Below, in pieces: positions 40,199 through 53,869 of a stretch of DNA of 64,000 nt (position 1 is its first letter; the number at the start of each line of letters is the position of its first letter). The stretch is taken from positions 47,492,001 through 47,556,000 of the forward strand of contig OX597830.1 in the NCBI GenBank assembly GCA_951406725.2. The letters are read 5' to 3'. Under the pieces are notes generated by a model, which did not search any database, was not told where the DNA came from, and was given only the letters and a program-made list of their open reading frames with translations. The translations under genes were made by a program, and so were the position numbers. The stretch is from Octopus vulgaris (taxonomy: Eukaryota).

Positions 40199-40295
40199 AA
40201 CTGAAGAGTGGCTATAGTTTTAAATCGAATTAATTTTAATAGTATCGATTTTATTATTATCGATTTAAAGATATAATCACGAAACGCGCTTAGTC
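40199..40295 (+). ncRNA. Degenerate hammerhead-like motif
   Basis: CTGAAGA-GTG..TATA..TTTAAATCGA//TCGATTTAAA..TATA..CAC-GAAA-CGCG-CT; long helix II, but cleavage triplet and helix I are imperfect. Confidence 0.5.
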
Positions 40296-40752
40296 AATTT
40301 AATGTTTATTTAATTTAGGGATTTTTTAAAATAATATTTATCATAGTATATTTAAATTTTTTCTATATGATATATATATAATGTCATTCACTATTGAATT
40401 ACTTAATAGAGGTTATTTCTCTTAATTATATACATATATTATATATTGTGAAATTTGATTTGCAATTGCTGAATTGAATGTTACCCTGTAAGTTTGGAAT
40501 TATATTCCCTACTATTATTATATATAATAATATGACTATATATATACATATATATATATATTTATACACAGTCGCCATGATAGATCGGTAGCCACTACAC
40601 ACATTTTTTCTCCCCATGTTTCTTTCTATGTTCCTTTCTGTGGAAGACCGTAGGCTCAAAACGAAAAAGACTTTTTCAATTCCTGAGCGTCAAGCTAATA
40701 CATCTGTTTGTTTTTTTACACCACCTGTCCTCGTCTTATGTTTTTTCGTGAA

Positions 40753-40830
<78 letters not shown>

Positions 40831-41820
40831 ACCACGTGACCGACCAGACCATCAGATGTTGTTACACATCGCTGGTCACAATGCGTTCGCATTGTTTTAA
40901 CCTTCGAATGACGCCACCCCGCTGGCTAAGCGAGCAGGACAACAGAAGAAAGAGTGGGAGAAAGAGTGGTGAAAGAGTACAGCAGGGATCACCACCCCCT
41001 GCTTTTAGGTGTTCTCGCTCAATAAACACTCACAACGCCCGGTCTGGGAATCGAAACCGCGATCCTGCGACCGCGAGTCCGATGGGGGCTATTGCGCCTC
41101 CACTTATATATATATATATAATATGAATGTATATGTATGTATTAATCTTACTGAATTTGTTCGTAAGGAGGACGTCCTTGACCCACTCTATAAAACAAGA
41201 CAGTATTATTTATTTCTGTAAGGTCCTCTATAAAGCCATGAAATGAGTTAAACTCGATTTTATTAAACCTTTGCCAATTATTTATTAACGATCATACAAT
41301 ATAATGACACGTAATGATGAACTGATCCTGAAAACTTGAATGCTTTATTGATTAATCTTTTTACCACTGATACAAATGTAAGTAGAATGTTACAGTCATC
41401 AATATTTATAAAGAAGTTTCCTGACCGATATTAGCAGTCGTCATGACATCATAAAAACAAATCATCAATCCGTTCAAAATACTCCGGCAAATTTAGCCAT
41501 TTGGTTTCTTTCAATGATTGCTTATCGATATTTACGTACTGGTATATTCGTGCTGTCAATAGATGACGTCAAATAGGTCTACCTTAATTAAATGTAATGG
41601 AAATAGTCATAAAATAACGGTGAATGTATATGCAGTTTGTTGATAGTCAATGTAAATATTAGAATATCAAGCTATTGATGTCTGTTTGAAGTAAAACAAA
41701 GACTCCTGTATCTGGTTCCGAAATTCAATCTTGGCATAAATAGCTCCACTCCTTTCTAACTGTCTTTCAATATTTGACTGTAGACATTCAAGATTTCCTG
41801 ATATATATATACACACACAC

Positions 41821-41879
<59 letters not shown>

Positions 41880-42550
41880 CTAGCAGCATAGCCCGGCGTT
41901 GCCCGGGTATGTAAGAAACTTTGTCGATAAGCAATGCCCTTTACCTTTTCACCCTTTTTTGTACTCATTGAACCGTTATTTAAAAAAATATCGCAGAAAA
42001 ATCGGTTTACTATGTGTGCTACATATGATGTAATTAACCGATTTTTTTCCAGTAATAACGTATCCTATTGGAATCAAAAGGGCCATATAGCTCCTTGGAG
42101 CAGACATGAGGCTCGCTATGAATTTTAAAAAAAATTCATGCCAATTTGTTAAAGATATTGTCGAAAATATGTCATCTTGAATTTGAACGCGATTTCCCAA
42201 AATGGCCTGATTTTATCGATTTTTTCTGATGGTAAGGTATTGCATGGAAAACTAACGTCAGAATTAAGTTCCTTAGGGTAACATTAAGCTTCACCATGAG
42301 TTTGGTGAAAATCGATTGCAAGTTGCGAAAACTACAACGGAAAATGTGTTGCATATGATAAGTTTGGATTCTCGACCCCATGTCGAATTTATCGATTCTT
42401 TTCAGAACTGGAGGAACTTTTCAAATTTTTCGCTGCGTTAGTTTTGAATTATGACATTGGGATATGTGTGTGTCAAGTTTCATCAGAATCGGTTGAAAGC
42501 CGTGGTCAGGGTGAGGGTACAACCTGACAGACACACAGACAGACAAACTG

Positions 42551-42560
<10 letters not shown>
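41880..42560 (-). mobile_element. Non-autonomous Helitron between (TA)n tracts
   Basis: A|CTAGCAGCATAGCCCGGCGTTGCCCGGG hairpin terminus; other end ACAGACAAACTGCCTTATAT resembles the 30.8 and 35.4 kb copies. Confidence 0.7.
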
Positions 42561-42620
<60 letters not shown>

Positions 42621-42636
42621 TTATAAACATATATGT

Positions 42637-42668
<32 letters not shown>

Positions 42669-42705
42669 ATATATGTATATGTATATGTATGTATGTGTAT
42701 ATGTA

Positions 42706-42865
<160 letters not shown>

Positions 42866-43015
42866 TGTTGAAATGGAAAGATGAATTATCTTGTTACGGA
42901 TTATTCAAAAGTTTAACCGATACCTGGGTAGCAAAAATCACAGCAGAAAAAACACGGTTGGAGTTATGACCATAGGGTGTTGCAACCGTGCGTTGGCGCG
43001 GATAATTGAAGTTTA

Positions 43016-43310
43016 ATATAATTAGTGAATGGAAGAAATGGAGCTGAACGAAGATTCTACAGAATTCCTTTTATTACATTCTACACATGTTTCAAAGGCC
43101 ACAAATTTCCAAATTCTGATTGAATAAGGATACCATATTGCAGCTTTCTCTTCAGGAAAATCGTAATTCCTGGATTTTCCTGAAGAGAAAGCTGCAATAT
43201 GGTATCCTTATTCAATCAGAATTTGGAAATTTGTGGCCTTTGAAACATGTGTAGAATGTAATAAAAGGAATTCTGTAGAATCTTCGTTCAGCTCCATTTC
43301 TTCCATTCAC

Positions 43311-43319
<9 letters not shown>
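43016..43319. repeat. Perfect 147-bp-arm palindrome with a hammerhead-like motif in each arm
   Basis: 43016-43162 is the exact reverse complement of 43173-43319 around a 10-nt loop; CTGAAGA (43180)...GAAACATGT (43242). Confidence 0.9.
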
Positions 43320-43379
<60 letters not shown>

Positions 43380-43571
43380 ACGTTATATAATTAGGGTTCA
43401 GAAAATAATTTACTTTACCACACACCGTGGGTGGACGAGGGAGGTTACAAAGTCTCATTCGTACTTTTTGAATTCGTTAGTACTAGCGGTCGAAGATGGT
43501 TTGTCTGGGATTACTCATATCAGACGGGTATGTTCGATTTTTAGTGCTCTCAAATCCAAACCTAAATAAAT

Positions 43572-43634
43572 CTTGAGCTGATGACGGAAATGTTGATCTC
43601 TATATCCAACTAATCCAGAAACGGCGTTCTCAAG
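43572..43634 (+). ncRNA. Minimal hammerhead ribozyme inside an inverted-repeat element (about 43371-43830)
   Basis: CTTGAG-CTGATGA-CGGA...TCCA-GAAA-CGGCG-TT-CTCAAG with a perfect 6-bp helix I; element ends 43371-43427 and 43772-43830 are inverted repeats. Confidence 0.75.
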
Positions 43635-43918
43635 TAATCGATGTACGTGTGATCTTTCGTTATTTTTCCCTCTATACCTGCGTGAATTATTTTTGAGTAT
43701 ACATTGTATGGGAGACTTTTCTTATAGTAGAGGAAATAGCTAAAATTTTTTGGCTGCTATTTCTAAAAGTTCGGTGTGTGGTAGAGTAAATTATTTTACT
43801 GAACTCTAATTATATATCGTAATGTTTTAAATATACCGTAAATGGTCTTTTTACATACTGAACACTACTTGGTAAAATTGATAATTAAAAATGAATTAAT
43901 TTTACCCTTTTATTATTG

Positions 43919-43983
<65 letters not shown>

Positions 43984-44109
43984 CAAATAAGAAAATGGAG
44001 AGGATACAAAAACGACATACATCAGCCGGTAGCCATTCTAGTGTGTCTATTTATTCCAAAGTAATAGAAAGTATCAGAAGATTACATACAGATGCAATAA
44101 CCATGTGTT

Positions 44110-44140
<31 letters not shown>

Positions 44141-44467
44141 CTAATATTACAGAAGAGAGCAAAAGATCAGATTGTCAGAAGGTACTAAGTTCCTTACGAC
44201 CGTTTCTGCTAAGAGGCAACGAAATCCTCCATGCCATCTCCTCGTCTCCTCAGTGTTCTGCAGTGATGGGCAGATAAAGCTTGGATGATGAATGTGCCTC
44301 TAGGCTTCTTCAGAGGGTCTTTGTGGTCGGGAGGTTTAATACATATAAGAACCAGTTAACAATAGGTACAGTGTGTGTCTTTTTGAAAAGGCAGAAAAAG
44401 AATAGGAGCAAACATGAGGATGGTAGTGAAGCAGAACCTATTAAAATTATTTATTTAAAAAAAATTA

Positions 44468-44850
<383 letters not shown>

Positions 44851-44914
44851 AAGTCGTTTAAGAGTCCATAAGTCAGGAAAAAATGCACTCGCATATCTGT
44901 GAACAGGGTGGGTG

Positions 44915-45172
44915 TATTATCCGAAGGGTACAGTATTATATAGCCATTATGGCCGATCTTACTGATAGCTTTTGCGCTAAGGATTCGACGGACTGTCAGG
45001 TAACAATCCGATTATGTGACTCTGCGCTTATCGGAGGCAGTCGTTATAACCGTTGATGAGCATAGGGTTACATAATCGGATTGTTACCTGACACTCCATC
45101 GTGCCGCTGGCGTGAAACCGATTGGTAAGATCGGCCGTAAAGGATATATAACACTGTACACTTCGGATAATA
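44915..45172. mobile_element. Hairpin MITE (imperfect, almost full-length inverted repeat)
   Basis: TATTATCCGAAG..TACAGT ... ACTGTACACTTCGGATAATA; inner arms TGTCAGGTAACAATCCGATTATGT / ACATAATCGGATTGTTACCTGACA. Confidence 0.8.
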
Positions 45173-45196
45173 TATATATATATATATATAGCATAC

Positions 45197-45234
<38 letters not shown>

Positions 45235-45502
45235 AACACACACAGATAGATAGATAGATACATAGAAATATAGATAGATAGATACGACGGTCTTCTTCCA
45301 GTTTCCGTCTACCAACCCAAGGTTCAGTTTAGTAGAAGACACTTGCCCAATGTGCCAGGCAGTGGGATCGAATCCGGACCCATTACCACACAGCTACGCA
45401 TATTTATTCAGTGCATTTAGACTATAAATCCTTTACTTCGAAAAAATTTTTATTGAAAAGGTAAACTTGAGGATATCTAAGCAATAAGAAGAATTTTTGA
45501 AA

Positions 45503-45705
45503 CTCTTTACTTGTTTCAGTCATTTTGACTACGGCCATGCTGGAGCACCACCTTTAGTCGAGCAAATCGACCCCGGGACTTATTCTTTGTAAGCCCAGTA
45601 CTTATTCTATCGGTCTCTTTTGCCGAACCGCTAAGTGACGGAGACGTAAACACACCAGCATCGGTGGTCAAGCAATGCTAAGGGGACAAACACAAACACA
45701 CACAC

Positions 45706-45736
<31 letters not shown>

Positions 45737-45907
45737 CATATATACGACAGGCTTCTTTCAGTTTCCGTCTACCAAATCCACTCACAAGGCATTGGTCGGC
45801 CCGGGGCTATAGCAGAAGACACTTGCCCAAGATGCCACGCAGTGGGACTGAACCCGAAACCATGTGGCTGGTTAGCAAGCTACTTACCACACAGCCACTC
45901 CTGCGCC
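45503..45907 (-). mobile_element. tRNA-derived SINE family A
   Basis: GGCGCAGGAGTGGCTGTGTGG head on the minus strand; GAAACAAGTAAAGAG tail. Confidence 0.88.
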
Positions 45908-46573
45908 TATGAAAGTGGAAGAAATTTTTAATAAAATAAAGTGAAAGGTTAAAAGCTGAACAAATTTAAATATCAAGAGAAATGAAAATAAACGGGATTA
46001 ACTGACTTTTTTCACCGAATTCCAGATGATTTATTTGTAAAATATTTTTTAAAATGCTTTAATCATTTGTAAACAGCAATTCTAGATCAGACGATAAGAA
46101 TCAATTCGCTGGCACAAATAAAATGCCAAGTTTCTATTTTAGTGGAACTTGTTCACATCGTAACGTGTTTTAGGGCGGCGAGCTGACGGAATTATTACCG
46201 TGCCGGAAAAGATGCTAAGTGACATTTCTTCGGACTTTACGTTCTGAGTTCAAATGCCATCGGAGTCGACTTTACCTTTTATCCTTTAGAGGGTCGACAA
46301 AATAAATACCAGTTAAACACTGAGGTTCTTGCAATCGACTTACCCAACTTGCACGAAATTGCTGGCCTCGTGCCAAAATTTGAAACCAGTATTATAACGT
46401 GTCATGACATAATTAAAGATTATTGGAAGAAAACCAGATCTTTCGATATTGGTGCGTAAAATGGTTGACAAAAGTTTAGCTGGCGTCATATTCACTAATA
46501 CAATGTATTTATGACATTTGTCTCATTTGATTAGACATAAGTGTTCGTAACTCATTGATCTACCATCAGTTCT

Positions 46574-46973
46574 GCAGGAGTGGCTGTGTGATAAGTAGCT
46601 TGCTTACCAAATACATGGTTCCGGGTTCATTCCCACTGCGTGGCATCTTGGGCAAGTGTCTTCTACTATAGCCTCGGGCCGACCAAAGCCTTATGAGTAG
46701 ATTTGGTAGACGGAAACTGGAAGAAGCCCGTCGTATATATGTATCGGCATATATATGTATGTGTGTGTATATGTTTGTGTGTCTGTGTTTGCCTCCAACA
46801 TCGCTTGACAACCGATGCTGGTGTGTTTACGTCCCCGTAACTTAGCGGTTCGGCAAAAGAGATCGACAGAATAAGTACTAGGTTTACAAAGAATAAGTCC
46901 TGGGGTCGGTTTGCTCGACTAAAAGCGGTGCTCCAGCATGGCCGCAGTCAAATGACTGAAACAAGTAAAAGAG
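46574..46973 (+). mobile_element. tRNA-derived SINE family A
   Basis: Same consensus as the other family A copies. Confidence 0.88.
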
Positions 46974-47530
46974 ACCGATTGAATATTAACCTTAAAAAAT
47001 GTGAAAATTCAACAATTCACCTTTCTAGTTGTCCTATGTTTTTCTCTTGTTTCTTTTTTTTTGTGACTTTTTTTTACCTGTGACTTTTTCTTACCGAGAA
47101 CCCAATCACACACCATAATCGATACCTATCATCGTCCTATCAAAACAATTCCTTCACTCTGGTCTCTCATTTACGATTTGCAGCAGCGTTCCCTGATAGC
47201 TTGTTATTATTGTGGTTGTTGTTTAGATTCGCACCACTTTGGTGAAGCTGACTTTTGGCACGTAAGCTGTTTGGAATATCATTCGGTGTATTGCTGCATG
47301 CTGTGGTTAATCGTGTGGAATACAAGATAAGCGTACGATTACGTTGTTCCCCCCCACTGTCCAGCTCCAAAGATAACCGCCACCAAACATGATCGTGACC
47401 ATCATCAAGTCTTTTGTATATCTGGCATTGTATTGTACACTGTCTTTTCCTTTTTTAAATAACATAATGTGATATGAGAAGATTTGGCTGCTATTTCTGG
47501 GAAGTAAAATAAACGTTTGGGATTCCTTTA

Positions 47531-48139
47531 GTCTTTAGTCTTTACTTGTTTCAGTCATTTGACTGTGGCCATGCTGGAGCACCGCCTTTAGCCGAGCAAA
47601 TCGACCCCAGGACTTATCCTTTGTAAGCCTAGTTTTTATTTTTGGAAGCACTCCGTCGGTTACGACGACGAGGGTTCCGGTTGATCCGAATCAACGGAAC
47701 AGCCTGCTCGTGAAATTAATGTGTAAGTGGCTGAGCACTCCACAGACACGTGTACCCTTAACGTAGTTCTCGGGGATATTCAGCGTGACACAGAGAGTGA
47801 CAAGGCCGGCCCTTTGAAATACAGGTACAACAGAAACAGGAAGTAAGAGTGAGAGAAAGTTGTGGTGAAAGAGTACAGCAGGGATCACCACTATCCGCTG
47901 CCGGAGCCTCGTGGAGCTTTAGGTGTTTTCGCTCAATAAACACTCACAACGCCCGGTCTGGGAATCGAAACCGCGATCCTATGACCGCGAGTCCGCTGCC
48001 CTAATCACTGGGCCATTGCACCTCCACTGTAAGCCTAGTACTTATTCTATCGGTCTCTTTTGCCGAACCGATAAGTTACGGGGACGTAAACACACCAGCA
48101 TCGGTTGTCAAGTGATGTTGGGGGGACAAACACAGACAC

Positions 48140-48182
<43 letters not shown>

Positions 48183-48368
48183 CATATATGCATATACATA
48201 CACACGACGGGCTTCTTTCAGTTTCCGTGTACCAAATCTATTCACAAGGCTTTGGTCGGCCCGAGGCTATAGTAGAAGGCACTTACCCAAGGTGCCACGC
48301 AGTGGGACTGAACCCGGAACCATGTGGCTGGTAAGCAAGCTTCTTACCCTACAGCCACTCCTATGCCT
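47531..48368 (-). mobile_element. SINE family A interrupted by a family C SINE (47634-48027)
   Basis: 12-bp TSD TGTAAGCCTAGT at 47622-47633 and 48028-48039 flanks the inner SINE. Confidence 0.9.
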
Positions 48369-48591
48369 ATGTTGACAGGCACATCATACATAAATCAAAA
48401 GGACTGAACCAGAAAATGGTAGTTATTTTCCCAGTGAGCTTGTATCCTTAGTGACGTCTGCATCACAGCACGCTATTTGCACGTTAATTAGCGGCGTTGG
48501 TTAAGACGCTAATGACGTGATCAAAATAATGCTTTTATCATGGTCGGCACTGAAGCTAACCTGTTTCGGTTCAACTCGATGGCAGATCTAA

Positions 48592-48991
48592 ACTCTTTTA
48601 CTTGTTTCAGTCATTTGACAGCGGCCATGCTGGAGCACCGCCTTTAGTCGAGCAAATCGACCCCAGGACTTATTCTTTGTAAGCCCAGTACTTATTCTAT
48701 CGGTCTCTTTTGCCGAACCGCTAAGTGACGGGGACGTAAACACACCAGCATCGGTTGTCAAGCAATGCTAGGGGGACAAACACAGACACACAAACACACA
48801 CATACATATATATATACATACATATATACGACAGGCTTCTTTCAGTTTCCGTCTACCAAATCCACTCACAAGGCATTGGTCGGCCCGAGACTATAGCAGA
48901 AGACACTTGCCCAAGATGCCACGCAGTGGGACTGAACCCGGAGCCATGTGGTTGGTTAGCAAGCTACTTACCACACAGCCACTCCTGCGCC
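48592..48991 (-). mobile_element. tRNA-derived SINE family A
   Basis: Same consensus; near-identical to the 45503 and 49281 copies. Confidence 0.9.
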
Positions 48992-49280
48992 TATATACTG
49001 CGTAGCTTCTGTTGCTGTACAAACTCTTGGCTCTTGGGGTTGAAAGTAAATGGAAAACAAAGGACAAAGCCCCATGGTGGGAACGAAGACTCGGGGACTA
49101 AATCGAACTGCGCAAGTAAGACCTTGGATGGATACATGCAATCATAGAAAAGAAGAGGGTAAGAGAAAGCCACAAGATGGAACTGCAAAGGAAGTACAAC
49201 ATGAGACACAAAGGACTGCAGGTAGTTAAAAGAAGAATTAAGACGAAAGCGCAAGGTGTTGTGTAAAAAAAAAGAGATAA

Positions 49281-49441
49281 GCGCAGGAGTGGCTGTGTGG
49301 TAAGTAGCTTGCTAACCAGCCACATGGTTGCGGGTTCAGTCCCACTGCGTGGCATCTTGGGCAAGTGTCTTCTGCTATAGCCCCGGGCCGACCAATGCCT
49401 TGTGAGTGGATTTGGTAGACGGAAACTGAAAGAAGCCTGTC

Positions 49442-49517
<76 letters not shown>

Positions 49518-49734
49518 TTGTGTGTCTGTGTTTGTCCCCCTAGCATTGCTTGACAACCGATGCCGGTGTGTCTACGTCCCCGCCACTTAGCGGTTCGGCA
49601 AAAGAGACCGATAGAATAAGTACTGGGCTTACAAAGAATAAGTTCCGGGGTCGATTTGATCGACTAAAGGCGGTGCTCCAGCATGGCCGCAGTCAAATGA
49701 CTGAAACAAGTAAAAGAGTAAAGAGTAAAGAGTA
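49281..49734 (+). mobile_element. tRNA-derived SINE family A, inserted in an R4-like LINE remnant (about 49000-49950)
   Basis: SINE consensus with (AAGAGTA)n tail; flanks encode PWWERRL and EARQFWVEIWSKE remnants. Confidence 0.85.
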
Positions 49735-50146
49735 TACCAACGGAGGACAAATCAGTACCGACAGAAGAAAACAACGGAATAAAATTCTATAAACATCTGA
49801 ACAATGGAAGAGAAACATGAGGGGAGAGATATGTCAGATGCTGAAGCAAGACAATTCTGGGTAGAAATCTGGAGCAAAGAAATCAACATAATATAAAATC
49901 CGAATGGCTGCGAGAATTTAAATAAAAGAGAAATGGAAAATGGAACTTTATGTACATCTGATTTCTTCCTCGTTGTGTCCAGTAAACACCACAAACTAAT
50001 GCAGCCTCTTCTTTTCCTATGCTTACACGAAATAACACTAGACGTGATTAGCACATCAAGACTAAACATAGCTGAGAGCCTTTTTTGAATTAAAATCTGT
50101 TCGTCCATCCGCCTGACTGACTGCCTGTCTTTCTGTCTGTATCTTC

Positions 50147-51110
50147 CGCTTCCTGTGGAAGGGAAGCGTCCCGATGGTTAGGCGATCCATTTGCTGTTAA
50201 CACCCGCTAAATGGAGGGCTAGGCATGCCGTGGTTGATGATGCGCAGACATGCGCTGAGACTGCGACATCTCCGGCGCTTCATAGACGATGGTGAACAGG
50301 TGTGGTCGCCTTTTGTGCGACGCGCTTTCCCGCAGCTCGTCTCCTTGGCCGAACTACAATCGTAGATCAAACAGAGACCGAGGCTTGGCGAATGGCACCG
50401 CGAGTGTCGCGTTGCTCTCAAGCAACTCTGCCGTCCGGAACCAAACTTGTGTGACTTCATTACAACAAAGGCGTTCTATAGGGGATTAGTGGAGGGGAGG
50501 TGCGACAACGTTCTCGGGCAGAATATGGGCGGTCGACGAGAGACACCTGACCCGCTTGTTCAGGTCAACTTTCGGGCCGGGACCTATGGACAATCACCAA
50601 AGATCCCTGGCCTGGCAGTGCTATCGAGAAGCATTACCCGTTCGAGATAAGCTCTACAGGCACGGTTCGAGACACACTGGACTGACTTGCCCGAGATGCG
50701 GTCAGAGCGATGAAACCGTTCTCCACGCACTCGTGCAGTGTCCATCCATTTCGGACCTGTGGGCTTATGCCGAGCGGCTGCTGTCACGTGTGGGACGAGT
50801 CCGCCTGTCGGCCGAGTCTATCGTGAAAATTGCACCGCCCCCTTCCCTCAACCGGGAAGGCAAGGCAGTCTTCATCGTATTGGTGGCTATGGTGAAAGAA
50901 TGTGTGTGGTGGATTCGAGCGAAAGAATTAGAGACAAACACTTACCTCTCTGGCCAATCGCTCATCAACTTTTTCAAGTGCCACTTCAAAAGAAAGGTGA
51001 GAATGGAGAGGCAGGTTTTGTCTCGTGAAAGTTTAAAAAAAAAGTGGGTGAATGTAGCAAAGATGGTGCGTGCGAGTGACGAAACCACTTTGAGCATGAT
51101 CCTGTAAATC

Positions 51111-51166
<56 letters not shown>

Positions 51167-51456
51167 ACTTTGCTCTCATGTGTTTTTTTCCTCCCTGCCA
51201 GAGGTTACCGTGGTCTTTTCTGTAGGCTTTTCTTCCCACGGATGAACCTAATCTTGTTTGTTACTTTGAAAAAAAAAAAATTTTCTTTCTGTGATACACG
51301 ATCCTTTTTCATCGTTTTTTTTCCCGATCCCTTTTGATCGAAATTTTACATTTGTTTCCATTTTTTTCTTCTTTTTCCTTTTCCATCTTAGAAAGAAAAG
51401 CTCTACATTTGTAATTGTCCCATCTGTGTCCAGCCCTGTGTGGCCAATAAAGAAAG

Positions 51457-51458
<2 letters not shown>
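50147..51458 (+). mobile_element. Tx1/L1-clade LINE 3' fragment, copy 1
   Basis: ORF 50556-51107 AWQCYREALPVRDKL..CPRCG..ETVLHALVQCP (zf-RVT/CCHC); 3'UTR ends AATAAAGAAAG directly into (TATC)n. Confidence 0.85.
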
Positions 51459-51547
<89 letters not shown>

Positions 51548-51549
<2 letters not shown>

Positions 51550-52840
51550 GTCGACGAGGAATACCTAACCCGCCTGTTCAGGATGATTTTCGGGCCAGGG
51601 CCAATGGACAACTTCCAGAGATCCCTGGCCTGGCAGTGCTACCGAGAAGCGCTACCCGTTCGGGATAAGCTCTACAGACACGGCTCGAGAAACACGGGGC
51701 CGACCTGCCCGAGATGCGGTCAGAGCGACGAAACCGTTCTGCACGCACTCGTGCAGTGTCCAACAATTTCCGACCTGTGGGCCAATGTCGAACGACTGCT
51801 GTCACGTGTGGGACGAATCAGTTTATCAGCCGAGTCTATCGTCAATATTGTCACGCCTCCTTCCTTCAAACGGGAAGGAAGAGCTATCTTCATCATCCTT
51901 GTGGCTATGGCGAAATAATGTATCTGGTGGACGCGTCTGAAAGGATTGGAGACAAACACTTTCCTCTCTGGTCAATCTCTCATCAACTTCTTCAAGTATC
52001 ACTTGAAAAGGAAAGTGAGAGTAGAGAGGCAAGTTTTGTCTAGCGAATGTTTTAAAAAAAGATGAGTGAATGTGGGATGCACTCAGTCGGTTACGACGAC
52101 GAGGGTTCCGGTTGATCCGAATCAACGGAACAGCCTGCTCGTGAAATTAACGTGTAAGTGGCTGAGCACTCCAGAAACACGTGTACCCTTAACGTAGTTC
52201 TCGGGGATATTCAGCGTGACACAGAGAGTGACAAGGCCGGCCCTTTGAAATACAGGTACAACAGAAACAGGAAGTAAGAGTGAGAGAAAGAGTGGTGAAA
52301 GAGTACAGCAGGGATCACCACCATCCCCTGCCGGAGCCTCGTGGAGCTTTAGGTGTTTTCGCTCAATAAACACTCACAACGACCGGTCTGGGAATCGAAA
52401 CCGCGATCCTAAGACCACGAGTCCGCTGCCCTAACCACTGGGCCATTGCTGAGTGAATGTAGCAAGGATGGCACGTATGAAGGACGAAGCCACCTTGAGC
52501 ATAATCCTATGAACCCGGAAATTTAAAACAGAGGGTTACCTACTTGCAAATAAATGTGGTAACATGTAACAATATTGACCGAGGTTACCATGGTCTTTCC
52601 CGTAGGCTTTTCTTCCCACGGATAAACGTCATCTGCTTCCCCCTTTACACCTTACATCATGACACTGTGATACACGATCCCTATTGATCGTTTTTTTCTT
52701 TTGTTTCCTTTTTTTTCTTCTTTCCTTTTTACGATCCCTTTTGATCGAAAACCTATCCCACCTATTTTTTTCCCTAAAAAGAAAAGCTCTTTGTAATCTG
52801 TCCCGTCTGTGTGCAGCCCTGTGTGGCTAATAAATAAACA

Positions 52841-52841
<1 letters not shown>
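51548..52841 (+). mobile_element. Tx1/L1-clade LINE 3' fragment, copy 2 (related subfamily), interrupted by a SINE
   Basis: ORF 51583-51918 is paralogous to copy 1; starts and ends in (TATC)n. Confidence 0.85.
52074..52449 (-). mobile_element. tRNA-derived SINE family C
   Basis: Minus-strand head TGGCCCAGTGG...GTTTCGATTCC; 11-bp TSD TGAGTGAATGT at 52063-52073 and 52450-52460. Confidence 0.9.
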
Positions 52842-52909
<68 letters not shown>

Positions 52910-52957
52910 GTCTATCTATCTGTCTATCTGTCTATCTATCTATCTATCATCTATCTA

Positions 52958-52996
<39 letters not shown>

Positions 52997-53017
52997 GCCT
53001 GCCTGCCTGCCTGTCTG

Positions 53018-53051
<34 letters not shown>

Positions 53052-53052
53052 A

Positions 53053-53104
<52 letters not shown>

Positions 53105-53149
53105 GTCTGTCTGCCTGCCTGTCTGCCTGCCTGTCTGTCTGTCGGTCTA

Positions 53150-53251
<102 letters not shown>

Positions 53252-53289
53252 GTGTATATCGATATATTGGACAGAAATTCAATCTCTCC

Positions 53290-53860
53290 CTGCAAATTTC
53301 CTCTAAACAAAGAGTCGTCTTCAAAGCATAGAATTCGAACTAGTAAATACTGTGTTCGCGTGAAGCCCTCGGCTTTCCGACGTGGGGCGACGCTGACCAT
53401 TCTTTTCCAGAAATCACCTCTGGCAATCTCTTCGCATGTCGACTACAAGGCCTGCTCATCATCCACAGCAGCGATGACATCTGCTACTGGTGGAGTTACT
53501 TGACGCAACGATAAGTGACGCCCCGCAGGTGCTCTTTTGTATTCTCTCTTCAACGGCTGGAGTTATGACCTTCAACGATCGGTTTCATTCCTTGCACCGT
53601 TTGGCCATCTCCTCTCAAGTGTCTGGGGGAGATGCTGGGGTTCTTAATATGTCCCTTCTGTACATACCTGTACAGCAACCTCTGACCAGCACGGCTCATC
53701 TCTCTCCGACGCAGTTCGGCGTAAAAGAAAGGGGGTCGGGAAAAACGTCGACAGCAGGACGTTGGATAACCGACAAGGCGAAGTCCTAGACTAATGGCCT
53801 GAAGGTTATTGCGGCCCAGTGGAGGATTTAAATCATCAGACACTGGTAGGTGTCAACTAG
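53290..53860 (-). mobile_element. Degenerate RTE-like LINE C-terminal fragment
   Basis: Remnants RPPFFYAELRRREMSRAGQRLLYRYV and PDT*EEMA resemble the RTE ORF tail. Confidence 0.55.
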
Positions 53861-53869
53861 CAAATGAGT

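Noticed and set aside
40634-40669. Hammerhead-like CTTT-CTGTGGA-AGACC-GTAG-GCTC-AAAACGAA-AAAG
   Set aside because: Too many core mismatches to call from this copy alone, although it may descend from one.
44185-44260. Hammerhead on the minus strand (CTGAGGA...GAAACGGTCGTA)
   Set aside because: The 3' half looks right but helices I and II do not pair convincingly.
47167-47370. 67-aa minus-strand ORF as an exon of a nested gene
   Set aside because: No recognisable domain, no clear acceptor site and no partner exons.
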